Source: the human T2T-CHM13v2.0 reference genome, Homo sapiens
Direction: 5' to 3' (one strand)
DNA length: 64,000 bases
Assembly (NCBI RefSeq): GCF_009914755.1
Contig: NC_060927.1
Shown: in pieces, positions 40,143-53,842 of the stretch
Numbering within the stretch: position 1 is the stretch's first letter
Layout of the letters: each line of letters begins with the position of its first letter
Notes under the pieces: model-generated
Told to the model about the DNA's origin: nothing
Databases searched by the model: none
What the model saw: only the letters and a program-made list of their open reading frames with translations
Program-made: the position numbers and the translations under genes

Positions 40143-40367
40143 TTGTGTTTATTTCTATTTTATCTAAATACCAATTTATTTGAAAGTTCTAAATTGAATA
40201 AAGTAGTTCTCAAATATTCAATTTCACGATTCCGATTCCTTGCTTTTACCGTATCCAACCCCACTGTTCTAAAACAGAGAGAGAGAAAGCACACAAGCAA
40301 GAGTGTAATACTGTGAATTACTTATATGACACTTAGCTAATAAAAGTCAATAGATGGAGGAGTCTTT

Positions 40368-40842
40368 AATGCATATTACTAAATGAAAGAAGCCAATCTA
40401 AAAGGCTACATACTGTATGATTACAACAATATGATATTCTGGAAAAGGCAAAACTATGGAGACAGCTTAAAAAAAAAATCAGTGGTTGCCAGGGGCTGGG
40501 GGAGAGAGGGATGAATAGGTGGTGGACAGATAATTTTTAAGGCAGAGAAATTACTCTGTATGAGTCTTATAATGGTGGGTACATAATATTATGCATTTAT
40601 TCAAACCCATAAAATGTATAACGCCAAAAGTGAATCCTAACATAAACTATGACTCTGGGTGACAAAGATGTAGAAACGTAGTTCATCAATTGTAACAAAT
40701 GTACCGCTATGCTGGAAAACGTTACTAATGGTGGAGGCTATGTATGTGGCGGTAAGATGTGTTTAGAAAATCTCCGTATCTTATGCTCAAATTTGCTGTG
40801 AACCTACAATTGCTCTAAAAAAAAATCAAGTCTATTAAAAAA
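40368..40842 (+). mobile_element. L1MC1/2-like 3' end
   Basis: Same 3'UTR type as 25030-25510 (GAAGCCAATCT, GGAAAAGGCAAAACTATGGAGACAG, GCTGTGAACCTA..AAGTCTATT). Confidence 0.9.
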
Positions 40843-41717
40843 TTTATCATGTAGTAGATCTTGTATAAAGTCTCAACAAATATCAAAGAATTAACATCAT
40901 ACAAACTCTCTAAGCACAAGCAACTTAAGTAAAAAATTAACAGAAAAAAATTTTTTGAGTCAATAGGAGTTATTTTGGGAACAAAACACAAAGTAAAGAC
41001 TTGAGGGGATTGAAACCATCAGGATGAATGTAAGCCAGACGGGGGCAAATTGCAGAATGTCAATTGCCTTAACCTAGGAAAGGTAAATTTCTAAAAATGA
41101 TACCAAATGGTTAAAAATCACTAAATGAGGAATTGAAGAGAATTTCAGGTTAGAAGGTTGTAAAAAGTGAAATAATTGTCCAAAGTCACCAAACTAGTTC
41201 ACGAGAAAGCTGGAACTAGAAACTCATGCCTCTCAATCCAGTGTTCTTTCCACTGTAACAGATTGGCACCATAGAACATGTTTGACTCAAGGCAGTAAAT
41301 TAAGTACACTGAAGAAAAAGATAAGAAAAAAGTGATAAAATGTAAAGTCTTTGATTCAGACCCAAGTATTACAGCTGCTATGGCAAAAAATAGCCACAAT
41401 TTCTAAGTGACTTTAACCAGGAAAAAAAGAAAGAGATGAGATTTGAAAAGGAATTAAATTTCAAGAATCAACAGGAAGTGATGACAGCCTTCCCTATTTG
41501 GTAGTTTCAGGCCTGAACTTTTGTCATTAAGGTAATAATTCAAAGTGCTTTAATGCCTGGACTGACCACACTAAATAACAAAATTATAACCCGTTGAGCT
41601 ACGGTCAGTTTTATAAACTGTGCCTAAAATTTCCTGAGTTCAAATCTGATTATAAATGGGCAATAAATTCATCTGTTCATTGGGCTGATTTACTTTATTT
41701 TCTGGGTGCATTTAAAA

Positions 41718-41860
41718 TCTTTTTTATTGTGGAAACTTTCAAACATACAAAAAGAGTACATAATAAATGATTCCCTTGTACCCATCATTCAATTTCAATA
41801 AGTCACATTTTGCCTTTCAAATTTTACCTATTGCCACTAACATCCTTTTTTTTTCTGGAG
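41718..41860 (-). mobile_element. Old L1 (L1MC/ME) 3' terminus
   Basis: TTTTATTGTGGAAACTTTCAAACATACAAAAGAG...GTACCCATCA. Confidence 0.6.
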
Positions 41861-42246
41861 TAGCTGAACTGATTTAAGATGAAGGAGGAAAAATAAAGGA
41901 TGAAAGGAATATTTTCAATCTGTTATTCATTGATACTCTAGCCAAAAAGATTCCAGATTATGAGGCAAAAAGAAAAAAAAGACAAGAGTCAAGAAGTCAA
42001 GAATAATGAAGTTGAAGTCTACTAGTGAGATGGTCTAGATGCATTACTTCAAAATAAATGGAACTATTGTCTATGGGGGAGGAGATTTTAACAAACTATT
42101 TTCCAATAATTTAAGTTTGACCAAAGAAAAATGGCAGAGAATGTTGTAAAGCTTTATTGATATTATAGTTTATAGAGATGGGCTTATCTTCAAGGAACAT
42201 AATGATTAATCACATCATGTTTAAATTCATATAATCGCTAACTTAC

Positions 42247-42263
42247 CATATTCCAGTAAGCAC
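42247..42263 (-). other. Candidate 17-nt microexon
   Basis: tgcaaacttttcttcctatag|GTGCTTACTGGAATATG|gtaagt: strong acceptor and consensus donor in unique sequence. Confidence 0.4.
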
Positions 42264-44429
42264 CTATAGGAAGAAAAGTTTGCACTATTCATAAAATTTC
42301 AATATAACCAAGTCTTAGTTTATTCTTAAAGCTCAAAGTTCATTTTTATTTCCCTTGAAGTCTGTGTTTTTCTGTACTTGAGAAAGATCTCCTCATTTTT
42401 AAATTTGGAAATTTTAAATTAGAATTTAAAGTGACTTTGGTCAAGTTCAGTGGTCTTTTTTAAGTAATATTAATAAAATTACATATTTCTGGACCTCGAA
42501 GGATTCTTCTGAGCATTTAGAATCATACTGCAGTTTCCAGACTAAACACTTTAGCCAGAGACTATGAGAAGCAGGCAATGAGGCAAATACAAGCATATCG
42601 AAATTATCTTGATCGAAAAGAAAATGTGGATAATGTTATGCTGAACCGTCTTAATTTCTGTCATGAAACAAAGGGGAAAACTTGGCAAGTAAAGATGAGA
42701 GATGAATTTCTAATGGGGGAAGAGGAGTTAAAACTGAAATAACTAGTGAGGCCCAACTAAGGTTTTAAAGCATGAATCTAAATACCAAGATTTTTTTTTC
42801 ATATTTGGTTCCTCCCTATTGACTTTTGATTGCAAGACCAATGGACAGCGACCGTCTAATTCTCTTCTCTTATCTTCCTTAGCAAAATGTTAGCATATAG
42901 CTGTCTCTTGCTTCCCATTCTCCCTTAAATGTAAAAAAGTTCCTCAACCAAAAAATTACTTCCTACATTTCATATAAATCAAGTCAAATTATGTCTCCAT
43001 ACAATCCTATATCTCTGAGGAGATCCTTGGTTCTCCATGGATTTTAATTCAGTCAAAATGTGTCACAGTCCCTCAGTGCCTTTATTTGTCCTGCCTCTCC
43101 ATAAAATCTAAGCTCTGCCTTCCCATTGAACATTTGTCTATGAAGACTTTCTATATATTAATCCTATTCTTCATCTTTCTGACCATACATTCCTAAAATG
43201 GCTACACATCCTGATTAATACATTTCTATGCATTATAGATTACCCATTTTAAGAACCTCAGTGTCCACCAATCTTCATCACCTACTGGCAATCACCTTTC
43301 CACAAGCCTACATTGACATAGCTATATCATTTACCAACTACTGCTCACTCCTCCAAGTTCTGCCTTGTCTACAGACTAATTTTCAGAGTCAAACACCCAT
43401 TCTTGAGGCAAACACGTATTAATCAAAAGGTCAGAACCCAGTAAATTACCTGGAAACTCCAATCACTGTGAAAAACATGCATGATTTTTCATAAAGGTCT
43501 AATTATTGCTCTTTTTTTCAAATGATCTGTCACAGGCTAGTTCTGTGTGCCATGCTACAATACACTTCTTTCTATGGCATCCACTTGAGCTCAGTGAAGA
43601 TTCTTCTATTTTCTCAAATTTACATTCCCCTAAGATATTTGGTCAGCAAAGATGAGAAATATTAGGACTCTCATTAAACATTAGCACTTTGCCATTATCT
43701 CTTAATATTTTTGTGGGCACCTATTTTCATTCCATCCCAGAAAAACTTCTTTCCCTATACCATTTTCCCTTCACATAATTTAACAATATCTAGAATAGCA
43801 CATTAATAGTTGAAGATGTTCTAATGTATGAATTATTACTAAAACAATTATTTACCTATCTGATCATATAATTTATTTTAGAAATCAAAATAGACACAGA
43901 GAATAGAAAACAAAAGAAGTAAGCATTCTAGAAACACAAAAGAATTAAGAATGGAGGCAGATTAAACTGTCAAAAAGTGTTTCTTTACTAGAAACACTAA
44001 GCAGAATGCTTGTCAATTCTCTGACAAATATACCACTTTATAAGCTCTGGACACCTGAGAAGAGAAAATGGCAATGACTGAGGGAAGTTCCTCCAGCCAA
44101 AGCTAAATATGACCTAAGACCTGACATATGTCACATACACAATCAACTTACTGCTCAAAACCAGTAAACACACATCCAATCCATCATTTCTAAGGCACTT
44201 GTACATATTTCTCAACGGTTATGTACCTTATATTCTTTATTCCAAGACTGGCTTTGATGCTAATGTTTGACTTCATTCTCCTGAATAAAAATACGTGGCA
44301 CTAGTACAGGACTGAGGAGAGGCTGGGGTTTCTAAACTATCAAAAAGTTAGTTCTGTTTAAGGATAACTCAGTAAAGATTTCACAAGGCAGCATTCCTTA
44401 GCACTACCCGAATAAACCCCACATAAACA

Positions 44430-44605
44430 AGCTACCAAGCCACCTGACCACTCTTGGCCTTTGTTTCCTCATCAATAAAATTAGGATAATAATGTTAACT
44501 ACCTCATAGTGTTGAAAAGAACCAATGAGTTAAAATATGTTAAGCACTTAAATGTTGTCTGGCATGTAGCGATATTAAAGAGCTAAAAATGGTATTAATA
44601 ATACC
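44430..44605 (+). mobile_element. MIR
   Basis: GTTTCCTCATCAATAAAATTAGGATAATAATG..CTACCTCATAG...TCTGGCATGTAG. Confidence 0.85.
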
Positions 44606-45419
44606 TGAATGGATGTTATTTCATTGAGTAATTTAGATTTATACAAAGTTGCTAAAAAGTAATGTAAGTGAATAGTATATGTTTTATGCTTTGTTAAATT
44701 AAGAAATTATGATATCAACTTAGAGTCTTAAATATACTGAACTTGTAGTAGTATTCCAATTGAATTAGTTTGAATATTATAAGGTTGCCATTACATTTTG
44801 TTGGGGCTTTTTTCCTTTTTATCCCACAGGTTGACATCATCAACAAATGTAAGCCAAACAAAGCAGTTACTGTAAGAAATGCTTTAAATAAACCTAAAGA
44901 CATTTTAAAAAATACATATGCATTGATAACTAGGTTGTATATATAAAAAATGAAGCATGTTCTTTCTAAATTAAAATTTAGCTTGGGGAGGAGTGTCCGA
45001 CCTTTAAGAAAAAGATAAAACTCAAGAAACAAATTGTAGGATACTTGCCCAACCACATATAAGGACTTACTGTAAAGCTGTACTAATTAGTAAAATGTGT
45101 TACTGGTATAGAGATAGTCCAATCAACCAAGAAACAGAAAACAGAGCCTATAAACAGGCCCTTGCAGATACAGACCCCTGACAGACAAGAGCTGGCACGG
45201 CAAATCACTGAGGAAACACAAGAACATACAGTAAACATAACTGGAAAACATGTTTCTCTATAGAAAATAATTTAAACTTTTATGTCTAAATAATATACAA
45301 AAATCAACTCAAGTGAATGATTTAAGAAAATTAAAAAGCATGAACCATTAAAGAAAATCTGTATGAGAACATAAAAATTAAGATTTTTATGTTTATTAGA
45401 ATACCCTAATAAACATAGG

Positions 45420-45520
45420 TAAACACGAGTTTACCTATAAACAAACCCTGTGACACGAGTTTACCTATAAACAAACCTGCACATGTACCCCTGAACTTAA
45501 AGTTTTTTTTAAAAAAAAAA
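45420..45520 (+). mobile_element. Very short L1PA13-16-like 3' tip with an internal 25-bp duplication
   Basis: GTGACACGAGTTTACCTAT..AACAAACCTGCACATGTACCCCTGAACTTAAA plus an A tail. Confidence 0.8.
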
Positions 45521-45537
45521 GGAAAATGTGATATACA

Positions 45538-45837
45538 GGCCAGGCATGCTGGCTTATGCCTCTAATCCCAGCACTTTGGAAAACCAAGGCAGAAGGACTG
45601 CTTGAGGTAAGAGTCTGAGACCAGCGTGGGCAACACAGTAAGACCCCACCTCTCCAAAAAAATTAAAAAATTAACTGAGCATGGTGGCATGCGCCTGTAG
45701 TCCCAGCTACGCAGGAGGTTGAGACAGGATGATCCCCTGAGCCCAGGAGGTCAAGACAGGAGTGAACCATGATTGTGTCACTGCACTGCAGCCTGGGCAA
45801 CAGAGCAAGACCCTGCCTCAAATAAAAAAAAAAAAAA
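45538..45837 (+). mobile_element. AluJ SINE inserted into an L1MA
   Basis: J-type dimer; TSD GAAAATGTGA(T/C)ATACA at 45522-45537 and 45838-45853. Confidence 0.94.
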
Positions 45838-45853
45838 GAAAATGTGACATACA

Positions 45854-46325
45854 TACACAATGGAATACTATTCTGCATTAAAAAGAAGAAAATTCTGTCA
45901 TTGTGACATCAATGAACCTGAAAGACACTATACCAAGTGAAATAATCCAGGCACGGAAAGACAAATACAGCATGTTCTCACTCATGTGGGAGCTAAAACA
46001 ATGAAACTCATAGAAGCAGAGAGAATGGTGACTACCAGGAGATGGTGGGTGGGGAGATGGGAGAGATGTTGGTTTAAGGATATAAAATTTCAGTTATACA
46101 GAATGAATAAGTTCAAGAGATGTACAGTATGGTGACTATAGTTAATAACAATGTATTGTTTGCTTGAAAATTGCTAAGAGAATAGATTTTAAGTGTTTTC
46201 ATCACAAAAATGTAAGGTAATTGCATGTTAATAAACTTGATTTAGCCATTTCATAATGTAAATGTATTCTAAAATAATGTTGTACATTAATGCACATAAT
46301 TGTTGTCAATTAAAAATAAGTTAAA
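45854..46325 (+). mobile_element. L1MA (about MA6-MA8) 3' end
   Basis: CAATGGAATACTATTC, GTGACTATAGTTAATAACAATGTATTG, GAAAATTGCTAAGAGAATAGATTTTAAGTGTT. Confidence 0.88.
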
Positions 46326-47470
46326 TTTTTACATGTAGAAAATAAAGCTAATAATCATTTTTTAAAATAATACACACATACATACAAAAAGAATGCCCTA
46401 AAAGAAGTGAAAAGACAAGCTACAAGGGAGAAGAGATAGAATTAGTATCTATAATATAAAGAACTCATGCAAACAATAGAAAAAGAATCATACAAATTTT
46501 TAAAAAGAAGAAAAATAGGTATAAGAACCACCATTTCACAGAAGGAAAAGACACATGTAGGAAAACACACATATACATGTTCACAGCCTTGTTTCTTGAG
46601 AAGCAAGAAAGTTCACATCAAGACTACTGTAAGGTATTTTTTATTTACTCAGGTGGCAAAAATTAAGAAGTCTGACAATACCATATGTTAAAGAGAATAT
46701 GGGTCAACAGGGATATTTTATACAATGCTGGTGGGAGTGTAAATGGCTAATATCATTTTAGGAAAACAATTTGACAATCTCCTGCAAAGTAGACCATTTA
46801 TACATCTTATGACACAGCGATTCCAATCTCAGAATATACCTAAAAGAATGTCCTCCAAATGTCACCAAGAAACATGTGCAAGAATGTTTATTCTAGCACC
46901 ATTCACAGCCACAATAAAAGGGAAACAACTCAAATGTCCATTGGTAGAAGAAAGGATAGATTATACTGTGGTATAGTCACAAATATTATATAGAAGTGAA
47001 AAGGAACCTGTAAGTTACAATTACACACAACATGGGTGAATCTTAATATCTTAATGTTGAAAAAAAAGCAAATTCTAGCAGATAAATACAGCAGGCTATT
47101 AATGAGTTATTGAGCTACAGCTAATAAGTTAATAATTGGTATTATTTGTGACCATCTGCAGGAGTAATATTAAAAGTTTATAAGTGGTAAAGCTGTATTA
47201 TTTATGAAAAAATGGAACAATAAGCACAAAGTTTAAGATAGTGGTTACTTCTGGTTAAGGGAATATAGGTGTAAGGAAATGTGAGTTTTGATGTTCTAAT
47301 ACTTTGGTTAGGTCTTGGACTCACAGGTTATTTCTTTTGATTTAAAATAACAAACGAATGAATGAATGAAAGAAAAAAGGAGAACACATGGAAAAATGAC
47401 TATGAACTATGTTATGATTCACCAATTCTGTGTGCTTAAAGTCCAATTCTTTTAAATGACAAATGATTTA

Positions 47471-47607
47471 GTAGTACTTCTCACACTTTCTGTACATATG
47501 AATGACTTGGAGTCTTGTTAAAATGAATATAATTATTCTTTAGGTCTGAAGTGGAGTTTGAGATTCTGCATTTTAAGCTTGTAGGTGGTATGAATGCTGC
47601 CAGTCCA
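47471..47607. mobile_element. MER5A-like DNA transposon fragment
   Basis: TTCTCACACTTT...CTTGTTAAAATG...TAGGTCTGAAGTGG...GAGATTCTGCATTTT. Confidence 0.7.
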
Positions 47608-47785
47608 AAAAAATCTATGTTATCTATCTAGTCATTTCCAAATATGAGGTGCTGGGGAAGCTAAAAAGATTGATTGAGACTATTCAAGGCAACAATAAAC
47701 GTCAAGCCTTGTTAATGCAAAAGTTTAAACAAGTAAGCATTTTTATTCAGACAACTTAAATCTTAGTCTTTAAAAAAAGGAACAG

Positions 47786-48097
47786 TTCAGGTGTGGTAGC
47801 TCACATTTGTAATCCCAGCACTTTGGGAGGCTAAGGCAGGCAGATCACTTGAGGTTAAGAGTTCAAGAACATCCTGACCAACATGACGAAACCATGTCTG
47901 TACTAAAAATACACAAATTAGCCAGGCACGATGGCATACACCTATAATCCATCCCAGCTACTGGGGAGGCTGAGGCACAAAAATCACTTGAACCTGGAAG
48001 GTGGGGATTGCAGTAAGCTGAGATCATGCCATGCACTCCAGCCTGGGCAATAAATCAAAACTCTGTCTCAAAAAATAAGAAAATAAAAATAAATAAA
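47786..48097 (+). mobile_element. AluS (Sz-like) SINE
   Basis: Full dimer GATCACTTGAGGTTAAGAGTTCAAG with an A-rich tail. Confidence 0.93.
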
Positions 48098-48859
48098 TTT
48101 TAAAAAGGAAAAGAAAAAAGCAAAACCACCTCCATTGTTTTAAGACTGAGCATCAGTGATTCAAGAAATTCAGAGACTTGAAGGAGAAATCAAATAAACT
48201 CAACTGACCGCTGAATAAGATAACAGGTGTCATATTTTGGAATGTTTATTACAATGCTAAGAAATAATTATTTGATTTCTGTCTATTCCAAAGAGAAGCA
48301 GGTCTTGATAGAAGACACCAGAATTCAGAGTTTATGTTGAAATGAAAGACACTTCTTTCCTAAATTATAAGAAACTGAAATAATAAGAATTAAGAGAAGA
48401 TCGCTTTGGTTTCTTGAGGATTAAAATAAACAGATCGCTTTAATTTCCCATTTCCTTGGTGTTCTCTACAAAACTGCAACTAGCAATTGGGACAGTGATC
48501 ACTGGTGGTTAGAAATTTTCTTGAATAGAGAAAGAAAAAAACAAAATTAAGAGATGACTGGCAATGACATATGCATCCAAGAATGCACGCAACATATATT
48601 AATAGGTCCTACTACTCGAGTAACATTAGTATTATTGAGAAACAGTGAAGAAATATATTTAAAAATATGTCTATCTCAATTGCTATTAATTTCACATTTA
48701 ATAAAGATAATCAATACACAAGTAGAAGGTGAAAACGGGTTTGATTTATTACAATGGATTCATTACGTGAAAGATATAATATCAAAGAGAATCAGTTGAG
48801 GTAGTTGTTTCTACTAGCCTTGCCTAAAGTCCATTTACAGAAATGAAAAGCAAAGATTG

Positions 48860-49150
48860 CCTGCATGTAGTGACTCACACCTGTAATCCCAACACTTTGG
48901 GAGGCTGAAGCAGGTGGATCTTCTGAGGTCAGGAGTTCAAGATCAGCCTGGCCAACATGGTGAAAGCTCGTCTCTACTAAAAACACAAAAATTAGCTGGG
49001 TGTGGCGGCACATGCCTGTAATCCTAGCTACTCGGGAGGCTGAAGCATGAGAATCGCTTGAACCCAGGAGGCGGAGGTTGCAGTGAACCAAGATGACGCC
49101 ACTGCACTCCATCCTGGGCAACAGTGCAAGATTCTGACTCAAAAAAAAAA
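48860..49150 (+). mobile_element. AluSx-like SINE
   Basis: Full dimer; TSD-like AGCAAAGA(T/C)TG at 48849-48859 and 49260-49270 encloses the purine repeat. Confidence 0.93.
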
Positions 49151-49259
49151 GAAAAGAAAAGAAAAGGGAAGGGAAGGGGAGGGCAGTGGAGGGGAGGGGA
49201 GGGCAGTGGAGGGGAGGGAAGGGGAGGGGAGGGGAGGGAAGGGATGGGAAGGGAGAAAG
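49141..49259 (+). repeat. (GAAAA)n to (GGGGA/GGGAA)n polypurine repeat
   Basis: gaaaagaaaagaaaagggaagggaaggggagggcagtggaggggaggggagggcagtgga... Confidence 0.92.
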
Positions 49260-49294
49260 AGCAAAGACTGTTGTTCCTTTTAAGATCTACCTTT

Positions 49295-49658
<364 letters not shown>

Positions 49659-51236
49659 CTAGTTAAACATATTTTTTAAGAATATTTATGAAAAAAGTAA
49701 AAGTCAAATGATTAGGGAAAGAAAATTTTAAAATGGAGACATACTTTGGAAAAAGAGTCCGGTATAATATATTTAGACTTAGACACATTCATCCATTCAA
49801 TTTTCTCCAAACCAGAATCTAGGTATCTTTAATAGTACCATACGGTACAGACTATAGTGTATTAAGATGATACTTACGTTTCTTATTATAAAAGAACGTC
49901 TAAGTTTTTAGACTTTTATAGTGGTGTTATCAACCAACTAATGTAGGTATTTCCTAATACTCTCACAACCAAAAAAATGGCCAATGGCAAATTAGGTGTC
50001 TGGTAACTGAAAGATCATAAAGATTTTACTATTTCAAAGCATTTATGCTAGAGTCACTTTTAAGTACAGCTATAAATTACAAGGAGATAATTTCCAATGA
50101 AATATAAAACAGATTACAAAGCTGTATTTAGCTGTCTGTGGCCATTTAATAAGTCAAAACATAATGCAGCATTATCATTACGTCAAGATGTGACAAAGGC
50201 CCAGACTTCCCACAAAATATTCCTGTCTCTATACTAGAATAAGACATCATCAGAAGTACCTGAATAAAATCTCCCCTCAATGACCAGAAAAATAAACGAA
50301 GAAATTTTAGAGACCTATCTTAGACTTTCAGCGATTAAATGTACTCACACCTTCCATGCATTCCACTCTTCTATCTGTTGGAGGTTTATATAGCTTCATC
50401 AGTAATATGTTCTATTGCTGACATATCAAAAGGCTTAATATCACACACACAGCTTCAAATATATATATAAATGTCCATTAAGTGTAAAAAATGCCTTCAG
50501 ATTTTCATTATCATCACTGTATCCACATCATGCTTTTTCAAGCACTTCAACATTATTTTACTTGACTCTCACAAAGATTGTGTAACTGAGGAAAATATCT
50601 CTATTTTAAAGATAAAGATCCTGAGATACAAAAGTCAAGTGATTTGCCTATAATCATATTCTATGCTGACTTCTAGGGTTTTTTTCATCTAATATCTTTA
50701 AATTCTTTCATTTCTGCATTCTGTTACTTTGTTGAAATCATTATTGTACCTGTAATCTATTAGGTCAAATCAGCAAATATTTATCAATCAACTTCTATGT
50801 GCAAGGACTCAATTAATGTGTAATTGGCATAATTAACTTATTTGTGACATCAACAGGGATAATATTAAAATTATTTAACAACTGACACAAAAGGTACCAA
50901 CTAAAGAAACTGAACACTGAACAAAGTGAAACATACGCTCTAAGTTTTATCAAGGGATATCAACTGCATGTCAGCTCTGATGTGGGCATGACCAATAGAG
51001 TCTGATTTAATCACAAACTACAAATCATTTGTAGATGTTTATTTGGCCTGAAATGCTAGAAGAACATCTGAAGATTTAAGAGAACATGTAGAAAATTCTG
51101 GTAGCACGTGGTCCAAAATTAACTTAAAGAAAATGCAAATATAAAGGAAAAAAACAATCTGCTTGGGTGCCAAGATTCAGAAATATGAACTCATTACTAC
51201 CAAAACTAGCCATAATATTTTAAATTATTTTAATTT

Positions 51237-51537
<301 letters not shown>

Positions 51538-53091
51538 AATTATTTTTATTTATGCATTTATATTCAAATATACCTAATTTTAATAAAATACATAAGTGGG
51601 GTTTTGAACATGTTTTTAGCACAACTTTTCTTTTCCTTTATTTCTTGGGTATCTGCTCCTCTCCTTTCATATTTCCTCTCATAAATAGTTATCCATTTTT
51701 ATAACTTAGTATGCATCCTGCTACATTCTTCTTCCTTTAAAAATAACCCTACTATAAGGTAGATATATACATATGCAGATATTACTTATAAATATACATA
51801 TTCAAGGATCTTTGTAATTATTTTTTAAAGGCTGAATATTATACACACTTTTCTATACCTTGCTCTTCTCACTCATAAGAAACTCCTGGAAATTCTTTCA
51901 GAAGATCTGAGATAGCTTTATTTCACATCATTTAATGACAGCATAATAGCCCATGGTTGAGTTTCCATTATTTACTAGCATTACCTTGTTAATGGGATTA
52001 CTATTTTCTGCAGTTTTACCACTACAATAAAGTTACAACAACCTGGAAACCAAAAAATACACATGTTCTTAAATATTGCTACCTATATTTCTATGGAATA
52101 TATTCCCAAAAATGAGACTGCCAGGTTAAAGTATTTGCAAATCATATGCAAATTATAATTTTAATAGGTTTTTGGTAGTCTTACAAGACTGCATTTTATA
52201 ACAGGTAGAATATATCACATTTCCACCAGTAACAAATACTGTTAAGGTGCAAAATGGGAATATACTTTCATTTTTTTACATGGAGATCATCAGTTATGCC
52301 AGTCCCATTAATTTAAAAAATCCATCATTTTCCAACTAAGTTGTCATCTTTTTCAGAATTTGCCAATCATTTCCACTGATCTATTATGTATGCCTAGGCC
52401 ATGACCATGTTGTTTAGATGAGCTGACTTTGTAATATGTTCTGGTATGTGTAATACAAGTCCCTCCTCATTGCTTTTTCATATTTGCTTGCCTTTCGTTA
52501 CCATTTAATCTTCCAAGTAGTTTTAAAATAACACTGTTGACTTCAAAAAAGAAAAAAAAATCTCCCAAGATTCTAATTGGAATTGCATTATATAATTTAT
52601 TAACTTTGAAATAATATTTTTATTGTTTTCCCATCCTAAACCAGTTTGTCCTTCTCTTAATCAGATCCTGTTTTATGCATTTTAATATCTTTGTTTTCAT
52701 ATAGTTCCTGTACCTTTCTTGAAAAACTTATTAATAGGCATTTTGTAATTTGTGTTTCTATGGAAAATGGAATAATATTTTCCCATTGGGAAAAAAAGTC
52801 TCATAGATGCCCAAATTCCTCCAGAGCAGAGTTGTTTTCATCTTATCTTTTATCCAACTACCTTATCAATTTTTCTTACTCATTTTTCTAGATTTTAAAA
52901 TTCAAGTTTCTATAATTTTTAGACCATATATCATCAGCAAGAGACACCTGACATTCTTCTCTACAAATGTTAATGTTATATCATTTACCAACTGTATATG
53001 ATAAAGCCTCTAAAATAATGTTAAATAATTGTGATGGTTCCTTGTTTAGTTTCTGTTGTTAATTAAAATGTTTTTAGGATTTAACAATTTA

Positions 53092-53262
53092 GGCCATGTG
53101 CAGTGGCTCACGCCTGTAATCCCAGCACTTTGGGTGGAGGCTGAGGTGGCAGGATCACTTGAACCCAGGAGGTTGAGGCTGCAGTGATCCCTGATCATGC
53201 CACTGCACTCCAGCCTGGGTGACAAAGTGAGATCCTGTCTCAAAATAAAAGACAAAAAAAAA
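53092..53262 (+). mobile_element. Monomer-length AluJ-type element (left-arm 5' end fused to right arm)
   Basis: GGCTCACGCCTGTAATCCCAGCACTTTGGG joined directly to GGAGGCTGAGG..GAGGTTGAGGCTGCAGTGA..CAGCCTGGGTGAC. Confidence 0.85.
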
Positions 53263-53842
53263 CCCCCAAAATTTAGAATACCTTTTGCCATTTATTGAGA
53301 TAAACATGATTTTTCTCCTTTAATTTGATGATGTAATAAATTAAATTGGTATATTTCCTATTATTGAATCATGCTTACATTCCCACTTAAAAATATATTT
53401 TAAAATAGCTACTAGTGAGTTATTATTTTGATTCACTGTTAATATTTTCTAACATTTTCCTTAGAATTTTTTAATATACTTCGTAAGTGAAATTATACAT
53501 TTTTTACTATATAATCTTTAACAGAATTAGATATTAAATTATGGAATATTTTGATATTTTTCCATGGCCTAGAATGATTTAAATTACATCAAAATTATGT
53601 ATTCCTTACGTTTAAGTGACAACATCTGGTCAAATTTCTAATCTTTTCTATGCTAAGTAGCATCTGCTTTCTACTTCTTCTTAGGTCAATTTTTATCATT
53701 TGTATTTGACTAAAAGTCCTTTTATTTCTCAAGGGTTTTAAATTTGTCACACAGCTACATTCTTATTTAACATTCTTTTCATCTTCCAGTTTTTTCTTCT
53801 TTTTCATTTCTAATTGTGTACTTTTGTCATTCTTTTTCCTAA

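Larger units (their letters stand above)
44860..47350 (+). mobile_element. Old L1ME-type LINE remnant hosting nested younger insertions (45420-46325)
   Basis: Degenerate ORF2/3'UTR motifs (ACTTACTGTAAAGCTGTA, GGTGGCAAAAATTAAGAAGTCTGACAATACCA, CAAATGTCCATTGGTAGAAG). Confidence 0.7.
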
